A DNA stretch of 64,000 nucleotides from Curvularia clavata (Eukaryota). Numbering within the stretch: position 1 is the stretch's first letter; every line of letters starts with the position of its first letter. A model generated the notes under the pieces. It ran no database searches. It was given only the letters and a program-made list of their open reading frames with translations, and was not told where the DNA came from. The position numbers and the translations under genes were made by a program. Positions 1 through 11,867 of this stretch are shown here, one piece after another. The DNA lies in assembly GCA_023920165.1 (NCBI GenBank), contig CP089276.1, positions 1,860,001 to 1,924,000 of the forward strand, read 5' to 3'.

Positions 1-705
1 GGACAGCTGTCACCCTTTCCCATATCCAAAGCTCAGCGAGCCATGGAAGATAAATTATACACGAGGCTGGGCTTAAAGCCAGGTGACCGAGTCCTCGATG
101 CTGGTGCCGGCTCGGGATACGTCGCTATGACCATGGCGAGACACGGCCTCAATGTACAGGCTATCGACATCACGCCGCACCACATCGCTGATGCAAAGAA
201 GAATGTTGAGAAATATGGCCTACAGGACAAGATCAAGGTTGACTATGCCAACTACCATGACTTGAGCCAGTTTCCTGACGCATCATTTGATGGAATTTAC
301 ACCATGGAGACCTTTGTTCACGCGGACGACCCGATCAAAGTTCTCAACAACTTCAAGCGACTTCTTAAGCCCGGCGGTGTCCTGGTTCTACACGAGGCCG
401 ATTTCAGTCGTAATTCGGAAAAACTGCAAGACGTGCTCCGGCTTTCTCACTGTCAAAACACACTTCCAGAGGGCGGCTACGAAGAGCTTATGAAAGTGGC
501 AGGATTCAAAGACTTTTCCCTCGAAGACCTGACTGATGAGGTGCTGCCTATGTGGAGACTCTTTGGTGTCTTGGGTTACGTGCCTTACCAGATCTTCAAA
601 CTGGTTGGGATAGAAGACCGTTTCATCAATGTCATGGCTGGCGTGGAAGCGTGGTTGAATTGGGGTGATGGACGCTACATCTCAGTTAGAGCCGTGAAAC
701 CTTGA
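1..705 (+). CDS. Class I SAM-dependent methyltransferase (sterol/tocopherol C-methyltransferase-like), 5'-truncated
   Basis: Frame is open from base 1 (GQLSPFPISKAQRAMEDKL). Motif I VLDAGAGSG, motif II FPDASFDGIY, motif III RLLKPGGVL. Confidence 0.85.
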   Translation, partial: GQLSPFPISKAQRAMEDKLYTRLGLKPGDRVLDAGAGSGYVAMTMARHGLNVQAIDITPHHIADAKKNVEKYGLQDKIKVDYANYHDLSQFPDASFDGIYTMETFVHADDPIKVLNNFKRLLKPGGVLVLHEADFSRNSEKLQDVLRLSHCQNTLPEGGYEELMKVAGFKDFSLEDLTDEVLPMWRLFGVLGYVPYQIFKLVGIEDRFINVMAGVEAWLNWGDGRYISVRAVKP

Positions 706-1029
706 CGCGCTGTACTGATACCCCAGCATTTGCCTCACGCGTGTCTTGAAATGAGGATTGTGCAGCAGTGAGCATAGGCTCATGCCGTTGTTTGACTTGA
801 TCGATACATATATCCTGTTGTTGTCTCTAGTTTTGAATTTAGATTACCTGTTCGTGTATACCTCGAGACTTGTCCGGCACTCAACGAAATACTAGATTTC
901 TGGTCAATTAATCATTGAGTCGATTATTCTTGCGGATCTTGATAACAAGGTCGCTTTGTGCCACTACCTCTATACTGCTTATGATAAGTGAACCGGAAAG
1001 CGACCCGAGACACCTTGCTATACTAGGTA

Positions 1030-1990
1030 GCTGCAGGCGCCTACGGGCGCCAAATCTGCATGCCCTTTTCCCGAGACATGGGTTCCAGCACAAATTTCTG
1101 AAACCAGGTCATGGACCAAGCAGTTTCCCGATCGCTTCGGGGTGTGCATCTCTAAATTCACAGATGCTTGCAGGCACAAAGGGGCTTGCAGACCCCAATA
1201 CGATTCATGTGTGCCTTGATGCATGATCCTGCATCAAGCCCTGTAATAGGTGCAGCGCAAAAGTTGCATGCCTCAAGGCACGCTCAAGTACATAGCCCAG
1301 TACATACTTAATCACGCGCTCTAATGCACAGTATCACGCGTATACGCTGTTGTACACGCGTGATGCAACTGTCGCGGCAGTAAAAGAGTTGAAGGCAACA
1401 ACTACATGTGTGACTATCACGTGACAGTGCGGGGCAACGGCTGGTCAGCTGCTTGACGTTTTGGCAGCAGGAACGCCATGACCTTCAGGGTCTTTTGTGC
1501 ATAACCTAGTGGATAAGCGAGCGCCTCACCCCACCAAACCTGCGCACCTCCGTAAGCGTGTAGCTCTACCGCAATTCAACTATCTTGATATATATTCATA
1601 TAGTAGATTAAGCAGTATCTATAACGCTCGTACGGAGCACAGGCAATTTCATTAGAATTCTGCTACAGCTGCCGTTATACCCGAGTATGGCCTCGAAAAG
1701 CGGATATACAATAGCACAAGCCAGTCAGTGTTCATAAATAAGCGCTGCGATGCTGCTTCAAAGCCACCAACACACACTAAAGAACCTAACATACAAGGGT
1801 GTGAAACATTAGCTACTATGTCAAGGCTAACACACCTAAACGGAAACCCGAATTTGGCTTACCATAACCTATAGTAGAAGAATTAATAGATGGTTATGGG
1901 TAACCTAGAATAAATATTCTAGCGGATGTTGGTGTTTCTATTTACTAAGTAATTGATAGACTGTCGGAGACTAGTAGAGTTTAATTCCCC
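1030..1990. mobile_element. Possible degenerate transposon relic (hairpin cluster followed by a TpA-rich tract)
   Basis: Several inverted repeats at 1032-1366, then an AT/TpA-rich non-coding tract at ~1560-1990 resembling RIP-mutated DNA. No transposase motif recognised. Confidence 0.25.
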
Positions 1991-2198
1991 GCTGGAGAGC
2001 TTGCGCATTGATTTCCTTTGTGCACCTTCTCCCGCACTTCTGCGTGGTCACAATGTGTTGGGTGACTGCGACACAACGTCTTGACTCGGCAGTTTAGGGG
2101 GGCGCTAAGATATAGCGACCTACACGGTTGCGTGATTCATGAGACAACGCTAGTTGTGGTGGTTCTGGGAGACATCATATTGCTGTTTGACATGGAGA

Positions 2199-5100
2199 CT
2201 ACGCAAATACATCTGCCCAAAAACGCTCTCCCTGCACCTTCCTTACCCATTTAGTTGCCTCTTCGATGGTCTCGCCACTCGCTTCTGCCCAGATCTTCGC
2301 CATTGCTTCTTCGACACCAGCTCCCACAGCGCCAGCTCCACAAAGATACAAGTTTGCACCTTTGCGGAACAACTCCTTGACATCCTCACGGTCGTGCCAA
2401 ATGCGATCCTGTACGTGTCTGCACCCTTCAGACGCGTCCGCTTGGTGTGAAAAGGCGCGGCGTACACTGACAACACCTTGCTCCTCCCACGCATCGAATA
2501 ACTCTCGATACATGTCATCCTCGTCCGGAGAACTCAGACCATAGAAAAGCAGGGCAGGACCTACATCAGCGCCAGACTTCTTCCTGAGTGCTCGTTCAGC
2601 AACAAAGCCCTTGAATGGCGCCAGACCAGTTCCTGCGCACGCCATAATCAGAGGCACTTTGTCGTCTTGTGGCAGGTGGAAGCCGCTACGACTAGGGCGC
2701 AGACTGACCTGCAGCTGGTCTCCAGGTTTAAGGCGTTCCAGAAACGTGCTGCATGCGCCCAGATAGCGAGCGTCCTTACGTCCACTCCTCTGTGGAGCAT
2801 CCAGCACGCTGTATGTGAGCGTACACTTGGACGCATCTTCCAGTGGCGTTGACGAAATGCTGTACTGTCGCACGCGCATGGGTGGCATCGCTGCGAGGAA
2901 CTCTCCGAAGGTGAATGTCGCAGTCGGATAATCCTCCAGAACGTCGATGAGAGTGACATTGAGCTTCTGGAAGTTCTCTTTCTCAACGCGTTCCTCTAGC
3001 GCACACCTCGTCTGTTCATCGGCGATCGATTTAGCGACTGCTGCCATCGCTTTTGAAGTGACGGGTTGGCCCAGTTCGACCATACCAGCTAGCACACTGT
3101 GGATACTGAGCATCCTACCTGTGGGCAGACTAGTACTGGCTTCCGGACTGATGGTCAAGGTCGCGTCCCAAGGAAGTCTGAACCTTTTCATGACTCGCTG
3201 CACCACCTGGGGTGAGTTAAGTGGAAGGACAGCTAAGTAGTCGCCAGCCTGATATGTCCAACCAGAGGGCAGCAGCAACTCGATGTGGCGTTTGCGCACT
3301 GCGCCCACCCGTGTCAGCAGTCGTGCGTCTGAGACCTGTGCGGTCTGCATGTCTTGTCGGAGCAAATTGGAGCGTGCTTGGACATCAATTTCCAGAGGCA
3401 AAGTCTTGATGGAGCTGTCCGTTTCCTTCTTCTTGCCACCAAGTTTCGGCCACAAACTCTTCTCTTGCCACTCATCAACGAAATCGAAGACATTTCCAGA
3501 CGTAACGTCGAGCGCCACAAGATCGGCCAGACGGGTCGCTCCGTTCTTCGACATTGCATTATCTACAAAGGTCGGGATTTTCTGGTATGTAGAAACCCAT
3601 TCCTCTATTTACGAGTCAGCCATTGTGCATCCTGCATCGTCGCTGCAGACTTACTGTTACCAACACCAAAGACGCAATATTTGACATCCTTGAGCTCTTC
3701 GGTGGGATTCGACTTGAGCCACTCTACGAAATGAGTCGCGTTGTCGGGAGGAAGCCCTTCGTAGCTGGCGGTGATGATCACAACTGGAACATCCCCTTTC
3801 AATGACGATACCGCAGTGTCGAGGCCTTGCACTTCTGCTTTGAATCCATTGCCTTGGGCAGAGTCAGCAATTGCGTGTGCAATCGCCTCGCATGTTCCTG
3901 TGTTGGACCCGAACAGGATGCGCAAAGGTTGCAGGTCGCCACTTTTGTCCTGCGTTTTTGTGTGTAACTTGGACGCTTTCTTCTCTTCAGGGATTTTCTC
4001 TCCGGATACCAGGCCTGCATGGTGGAGGAAGTCTTGATCCCTCAAGTGTGCTTTGATGTAGAAGTCCTGGGGCTTGATCGTCAGGCTCGTCTTGATCCGC
4101 AGCGAGTAGGATGGGTTCGCTTTGGAAAAGCGAAATGTTTGCAGCAACATTGCCACTGTTAGCAGTGCCTCTTGCCAGGCAAAGGGACGACCAATGCAGG
4201 CTCTGACACCATTACCAAACGGCTTGAACATGTCAGCAGATGTACCCAACACTGGTCCAGGGGCCGAGACTTACCTTCCACGAGTTCGGTGGCAGCTCCG
4301 AGAAAGCTTTGCCTTCCATGCGCTCTGGCCGAAAGTTCATGGCATCAGCTCCATATACTTCAGGATCACGATGTAGCTGAGCAAGCATGATCGTAACGTC
4401 ATGCTTGTCCTTGATGGTGTACTTTCCGCCGATGACCTGATCGCCTTTGGCTTGCAGAGTAAACGCGGGCGCAGTTGGATGAAGTCGAAGTGTCTCGCGT
4501 AGACAGGCCTCCAGGTATGGCAGCTTACCCATGTGGTCCACTGTGACTGCACCTTTTCCTATCACGATATCGACTTCTTCCTGAGCCTTACGGTATGCGG
4601 CTGGATTCTCGAGAAGCTCGTAGAAGAGAAAAGACAACATGCCAGAAGTTGTCTCATGACCTGGTACGTATCAGCTGGATTGCATCTTGTAATCGCCCTC
4701 GGCTGCTGCTACTGACCGGCAATCAGGAATGTGATCATATTGCGAATGATAGTTGGGTCATCCAGGCCTTCCCCTGTTTTTGGGTCTCGCCCGTTGATCA
4801 TAGCATTTAAAAGATCTTTCTTATCCGTTGGATGGGTGCGGCGAGCGGTAAGTAGTTCCTGAGAGACTTGAACCAGTTTGTCAATGTCCAGTTGGAATGC
4901 TTTGTCTCGTGCAGCGTAAACCATTGGAGGTAGAGGCAAGCGTCTCGATCGTGCGAAAGATTTGGTAAGGGTCCCTACCATCGCGTCAACGAAGGGATGC
5001 TGTTGCTCTCGATAAAAAGAGTTGAAACGGTCTCCCATGGCGCATCTATATACTTGTGAGTTTACAAGATCCCGCGATCTTGCATCAGGGCCAACTTACA

Positions 5101-5608
5101 ATGCGATCGAATCTAGTGTCAGGCGGGTGAAATCGTCTGCAACATTGATGGCGTGCTCCTCGCCAAACCTGGCCCATCTGAGGACCATCTGGCTGGCAAT
5201 GTCTTGCATCTCTGGGAACATGGCTTTGATGCTCAGCGGACCAAACGCTGGCATCAAAATCCGATGCGCAATTTCCCAACCGTGCTCTCCAGGGAGTGCA
5301 GTGAACAATCCATCGCCTAGAGCATGACGGACTTGCGCCAATGGGCCGGTCACACCCTTCTGGAATTTAGTCTCGTCGAAAAGGTCCTTTGCTGCGGCAT
5401 AGCTTCCGACAAAGATTCTCTCTGCTGGGAGGTACAGCCTGAACACAGGGCCTGCAGACATGTGAGTTGAGTGCTCAACATCTATCTTGCTGAGTCGCTT
5501 ACCGTGTATCGCAGCAATATGCGCCAGACTTTCGTTGGGATGCTCTGGATCGACGTCCATGACATTCCCAACAATGGGATATCCGCGAGGAGTAGGAATT
5601 GGCTCCAT
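2199..5608 (-). CDS. Bifunctional cytochrome P450/NADPH-P450 reductase (CYP505/P450foxy family)
   Basis: Multi-exon gene. I-helix ITFLIAG(HETT), ETLR motif, heme motif WKPFGNGVRACIG, FMN domain ILFGSNTGTCE..ASYEG, FAD RQYSISS, NADPH ACAGTGLAPF, C-terminus DVFA. Canonical introns, e.g. 5452-5502 and 4223-4274. Confidence 0.95.
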
Positions 5609-6299
5609 GTTGGTGTATTATGAGTATTCTGGAAGTAGGTTTGCACTCTAGTACACTCAACGTACAAGTGTGTTTACCAAGATTTCAGGTGGGAGGGTTC
5701 GTAGTTATACGGGCCATACTTGGTATGACAGAGCTACCGATCTGCTTTGTATAAATATGCAGGGCACTCTTGTCTAAGCGTACCTGGTGAGCCTATCACA
5801 GCTGGCCCTACCCCATTCATGCCAGCTTCAGCTGCTCCTATGGAGAGCGCAAGTATCCGATAGGCCAAATTTTTCGTGTTGATATTAGTGTTGCATTACG
5901 TAGTTTCGGAGGCTGTCTTATTTCGCCAGTGCAATTGAGCATACTGACTAGAATGCGCGCAACTGTATGTTCAGATATTGGATGGCGACTACTGACGGAG
6001 ACTCCGACACGACACGCCTTCGTGCTAGTCGGAGTTCGGCCGAACTTGCAGACGTGGGTACCTCACGTCTGGGACACCATGCTCTAGCGCTTCCACATCA
6101 GCCTTCAAGCACATCCCTTTGTCTGTTTTCACGACTCCCGCACTTTCCGGAGCTACTCTAAGCTAATGTGCTGAGTAAGAGCCTCTATGGATAACAGCTT
6201 ACACGTGATCTTCTACGAGACATGAGTATGGCGCGGATTTTTGAAATTCCTTGGATGAGCCTAGCAGCTACTCCTACTATACGTCAGAACGTGGCTGAC

Positions 6300-7005
6300 G
6301 CTAAAGCGTTGTCAATTTGACAAACAGACAAAGGGATGCTCTTGACATGAAATCGCAATGGCACAACCACAACGCACGTACTTTAGAGAACAATTCTCGA
6401 TCTCTTGATCAGAATATTGTACTTTTCACTCGTCTTCAATCTCTTCAAATGCCTACAATGGAAAGTCTTGCTGTCCTTGATGTTAGTCTCCCAATACGGG
6501 GCCAATCTATCTCTGAGATTATATCGCGTGAAGGGATTCTGGCCCTCCCATTGTCTGACGCAAAGGAACAAAGTCACGCTAAACTATTGCTGGAGGATAC
6601 GGTTCGTGTGTCAATACTGGATGGTATCGTCTATAACAGAAAACAAGGCCGCGTATTCTCCACCAACACGGGCAACCCGGCAGCCAATGACGGCAGCATC
6701 TATTCGGTTCTTCTGAATGGTTCGCTCTCCTAGTTGCTCTATCAGAAATTCGGATCCACACTCCGAAAGAAATGACTCTGGAGATGTTGACGGGAGAATG
6801 TCTTCAAGTCGTGCGGTGCAACCTAGACGGCGCCGAGTTTAAGACTGATTCAGACAGAGATTCATGCAACATCACAGACGTCCTCCTGATTCTCCAGTGC
6901 GTGATCATCTTGAAGCTGTGGTTGCGTTTGTTGGAGAAAGAGGTCTTGCGACTGGACAATAAGCTAGGCAGACGTGACAGATGGTTGTTGAGAGTAGTGT
7001 GGCAT
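6300..7005 (-). pseudogene. Probable decayed protein-coding gene
   Basis: One minus frame reads protein-like across in-frame stops: EDILPSTSPESFLSECGSEFLIEQLGERTIQKNRIDAAVIG...IQY*HTNRILQQ*FSVTLFL...SRIVL*, with stops at 6611, 6584 and 6383. A Q-rich upstream part lies in another frame. Family not recognised. Confidence 0.3.
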
Positions 7006-7419
7006 GAGCTTGTTTGGTGGGTAAATCGATAGCGGAACCGCTGCGATGGACCAGGTCTGGCACCCACATCCACCCAATCTTCCGTAGCGAACCATGGCGT
7101 AGAGACTGGATTCCGATTGACAGCAGTGGTGTTGGGTCCTAAATCGCAGTCGCACACCAAATGTCTTGTTGAGTGTCGAAGCTCGCACGATGTTGCTCAT
7201 AAGACCAATTACACTGAACCTCGGCTGACCCGTACTATACATCTCATTGGTCAAATCTTACTATGAACCGAATCAGCCAATTGCGGCAGCTCTCGCCTCG
7301 GCATCTGGACTGTCGCCTCATTCGTCCACAGAACATGGATGCGGCACAGCACCTCACAGAACCTATCGGTATGCACAGTCACGAAGCTCTGTCGGTCTTA
7401 TCTTCGGGTGATCTAGCGG

Positions 7420-8460
7420 GTGATCTGCTTTAACGGTGCGGTTGCCAATCGTCATGCGGAGGCCTTACAGCGTGGGAGACGATCTTCATTCGATACGTCA
7501 CTGTATCTGATTCTTTGCAAAGTATACCTAAACCAGTATACTGAACGGGGCTCTCGTGCAGACCGAGATGCCAGAGCTAACGAGTCCAAGTTGTTGGTCC
7601 AGATCGCCCAAGCGTGCCGAACGCGCATTGATCCTGATGTCATCGCAGTGGTGGCCAAGGCCGCCCCAGAAGTTTGTAGTCAGCTCAGGCTCGCATATAA
7701 AGGTGTGGGTCTCTTGGAGCCTGTTTCGGAGTACTTGCTACTAACAAAACCTTTCAAAGAAAGTTCCATATTCCAAAATTAATATTGGTGCAGTCGGTGT
7801 CGTAGACGCCGGCGTCATAGGCGCGTTGTGAGTGGAGGATACGAAAGCGTATAACTTTGACTGGTTGCAGCAGAGTATTTACATGTCTGGCCCTAGCGTC
7901 ATTGAATAGCTGGAAGGCAGAGATGTCAAGGAGCTTGAGCAGAAGCACGATTATGACGTGATCAGATTCTTCAAGATCAAGGGCGTCAGACGCACTAGCT
8001 GGCACGGCATCGCATTCTAGCTACATTCAATGCGGCATGTTTGGCGCTGCCAACATGATTGTAGCTTCCATAAAAAAGGACAAAAGGCTCGTGGCAATGC
8101 GCTCTCATCATGCCAGTGAGATACAGCGCTCTTTGCGACATACTGCTTGATTGTTTCGGAAAAGATGTTTGAAATGCGTAGAATGAAGAAGGGGAAGAAT
8201 ACAGCTCAACTACATCGAATGGCCTAAGTACCAAGCCCTATGACCAGCTTGCACTCCTTAGGTTGGAGTGCAACGTTATGTAGCCGGTGCCCACGTGTCA
8301 GTCATACTCACCCATGTGCAGCCAAGGCGACATTGGATAAAGCGAAGTATATCTGGAAAAGGTTAATGAGTTGGAATGCCCCATGGAGTGTCAATCTCCC
8401 TATACCGATCAGATCAGAAACCGTTTGGGACAGCAGCTATCAGCGAGTACTTTGATTATT
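7420..8460 (+). pseudogene. Possible decayed gene fragment(s)
   Basis: Protein-like segments (LLVQIAQACRTRIDPDVIAVV; VEDTKAYNFDWLQQ..E*LEGRDVKELEQKHDYDVIRFFK) broken by stops and frameshifts. No family recognised. Confidence 0.2.
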
Positions 8461-9322
8461 GCAGACCTTGTTGAATTGTAGAGCGTAGATGCTGCCAAAA
8501 GTGTTCTCTGTCGCTACAATGTCACCAGTCAACAGCTTTTAATTTGATTTTCGCTGGCCGGCCGTTGTCGCCTGGTCAATGCTTAACAAACTTTGTTATG
8601 CCGTGGTAGTCGGGTGAGCGCTAGTTCCAGACCTTGTTCGTGCGCTAATACCACTTTGTATTTATACTTAGTATGATATTCGGCGAATTAACTTTATACA
8701 CATGAACAGGCCTATGACAAGACTCTGGAACTTCTAATGGTGCATGGGAACATCAGTTCACGAGTCGGGAGACTTTTTAGTGGAAATATAACTCATGCGC
8801 TCAGATAATTACCAAAAATTCATCCATCACCCTGCAACTCTGTAAGAAAACATATATCCTTACTACCTCTTTGTACTGCAATTCGATCAAGCGCCGACGT
8901 CCGGGTGACATTTCATGTCATAAGCCGGCAAATACCTTGGTTTCGGGCTGCATAATCACCGAAATAAAGCCTATTGTTGTCACGGCCGGACCTACGAAGA
9001 TATTAACATGCTAGTTCGCTCTCAGACCACTAAAATAAGCCGCCGCTGTCAAAAACAGTCGCGCTATGTTCAATTAGTGCTCTGGAAAACTGCACCTGAC
9101 CGTTTACAACACGGCTCAGACCTCTGGAATAGGAACATCACTGCTCAATGACATTTTGGATCATGCTTTGTATAAGAACATCATTGGCTTCGCATTCTAA
9201 GTAATCATTATTTCAATCACCCTGCTTCACTTACTAATTGCATATGCTGCACACCGCACTCGTTTTTGTAATAGACTATAGATCATATTCATCTCCTTAA
9301 TAAACGTTAGATCGCTCTCACG

Positions 9323-10764
9323 ATGTTAACCTTTGCTAAATCGGTGGCCATACTCGCCTTCACCAGCGCAGTTGCTGCTAAGCCTTTGCCAGGAGGTACG
9401 TAAAACAAAAATTCCGCAACCACAAGTGCGCAGCTACAAAGACTTGGGAAGTCTAAACCAACGTTTAATTTAATGCAGATGGCGCGGCCTTCTCTCTCGA
9501 GTCAAGATTAGTCAGTAGAGCTCCAAAGCATCAACTGGAGCATATTGTCGACGTTAAGCGTAGTCTTGGAGTTGAGGTGCACCCAAAGCTCGCAGAGGCT
9601 GCGAAGCAGGCTGCAGCTAAGAGAAATGCTCATTTGGTTGCTCGAAAGGTCACCGGTACCGCATTCGGTAAAAGCCCTGACCCATGGGACACCGAGTTCA
9701 TCTATCCAGTCCAAATCGCTGGCAAGACTTTCCAGCTCTTTATGACTACTTCTTCATCCGAATTGTAGGCCATTCAGCTTGTCTAGGTAACAATGACTTC
9801 ATGCTAACGCTTGTTAAGGTGGGTCTATTCCTCTGCGCAACCTAAAAATCAGACCGCTGGCCATCAAATCTACCAGATCAACCCTGCTCATAAGAAACCC
9901 GGTCTCAATTTCACCATCGGGTATGATGGCCAATCTTCACAGGTAGAAGGCGATCTATATGTTGATCCAGGTAAGCCTTTATGTCGCAAATCACGGGCCA
10001 GGGATATTAACTAAATCATTACAGTCACTGTTGGTGGCGTTACAGCTAAGACCACCTTTGGAGCCGCCACCTCAGCCATTGCGGATTTCACGTCAGATAT
10101 GACCAATGACGGCATACTCGGCATTGGGGTCAAACAATACAACATCCTTGGAGAGTTTGGAACTGAGAACACGTGGTTCGACAATGCCAGGCCACTGCTT
10201 GCTAAGCCACTCTTCGCTGTTGCTCACACTAAGGGTCATGGTGTTTTCGAATTTGGCTTCATCAACCAAAACAAGATATCTGGTCCCATTGCCTGGGTTG
10301 ACAATAAATTAGAAGACTATTGGGACGCATACGGCTTCTATGCTGGAGGATTTAGCCTCGGCGATCCTAATGCTAAAGTTAGGTCTAGAAAGATGAACAT
10401 CCACCTCAACTCTGGCACTGATGTCAGCTTTACCGACCCTGATATCGTCAAGGAGTGGTACTCGCACATTCCTGGAGCAGTGACAATAGAAGAGCAAGGT
10501 TACACCATCCCCTGTAATAGCAAGCCACCAGGCTGGACCGTCGTCATTGGCGGACGCAAGTTCTTTACTCCTGGTTGTCAACTCATCTCCCAACCTGTAG
10601 ATGACGATGGAAAAGTATGTCTGGGCGGCCTGCAGAATATTGGGGGTGGTGTCGACTTCAGTCTCTTTGGTACCAACTTCTTTAAGGGCAAATACGTCAT
10701 TCATGACTACGCGAACCCCAAGCAAATCAAACTCGGATTCGCTATGCAGCCTGGTTCCCCGTAA
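9323..10764 (+). CDS. Secreted pepsin-family (A1, aspergillopepsin-like) protein, predicted catalytically inactive
   Basis: Exons 9323-9395, 9479-9764, 9819-9970, 10025-10764. Signal peptide MLTFAKSVAILAFTSAVAA and a propeptide. A1 hallmarks DTEFIYPVQI, LWVYSS, flap Tyr (FTIGYDG), DGILGIG, YTIPC, CLGGLQ, SLFGTNFFK, KLGFA. Both DTG/DSG motifs are altered (TTS, NSG). Confidence 0.9.
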
Positions 10765-11867
10765 GTACTGTCCTGATGGTTTTGAAATGCACATTTTTGA
10801 CGTTTTGTTCATATTTTAGTGGATGCTAGAGAAGTTTGGGCTGAGCACTGTTGTAGCATCGAAGCACTGCATAGTTGATGAAAGGAATATGCTATGTTTT
10901 TGAAACTAAAATATCGTGGCTCGTCGTATATACCCAAGTAGACTTGCATCGATACGCATAGCATATGGTGATCTGCAATCTCTCACAACTGACTTCAATA
11001 AGTGCATTTGATTTACCAGTACTGTCTCGCGTATATGCGAATCCTTATACTGCTTCACTCGATGTAGCAGTAGGGACTGCAATCCTGCAAGGTCTTTATA
11101 ATGAGGTTACGCTACTACTGAATTGTAGAAACAACGACGGTTGTATCACGTCATGTGTTCCTGTATTCCAAGCTAAAATAGGGATTTTGGTATAAGCTAC
11201 CATATACGGAAGAGGACTCAAACTCTGGGATGGTGTTTGGGGTCAGATATCATAGTCAGCCAGGCCAAGATTTCTCTAAACAGACATTTCAGTCTAGGTA
11301 TTATGGCGATGCTAGCCTTGGCCGCGATGCCAACAATATCTTGATCCAGAGACCAAGCATGCGCTCATCATTGTCGACGAGTCGCCCACATCTCTTTGAG
11401 AGTATGCATGGTTTCCGTTTTGCACTGCTCTATCCGCTTTCCACATCCGCCAAGTCCGGCGTGCAAAGTCCGGCATGCAAAGTCCGACGACCACTGCATC
11501 CTCAGGCTTAAGCCCCATCCGGACACTGTGTAAGATACGAGAAGCTAAGCAACCGTAGGACGATTGAGATTGGTAGTCGGAGTCTGTATGTTGCCTTGGA
11601 CCGTGTATGACCATCCATATCCTGGTGGCCTTTTCGGATGACGCGGAGATACGAATGCACAGCTATAGGCTGCGATTGGAACAAGCCGGAGACAGCCATA
11701 GAACATTATTAATATCCTCCGGGCATTCTCCCTCTGAAAGTGGCCTGGAATGTATTCAGTGACCCCATATTCTGGCCTTTTTATAGCTTGACTGTCCAGA
11801 TATCGGATCTTGCACCTAGTGCCAGCCCAGCGTTCTCCATTCAGCTCTTTCTTCTTCATTACAACCC

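Noticed and set aside
6317..6733. 138-aa plus-strand ORF
   Set aside because: No recognisable motifs and it overlaps the more protein-like minus-strand relic.
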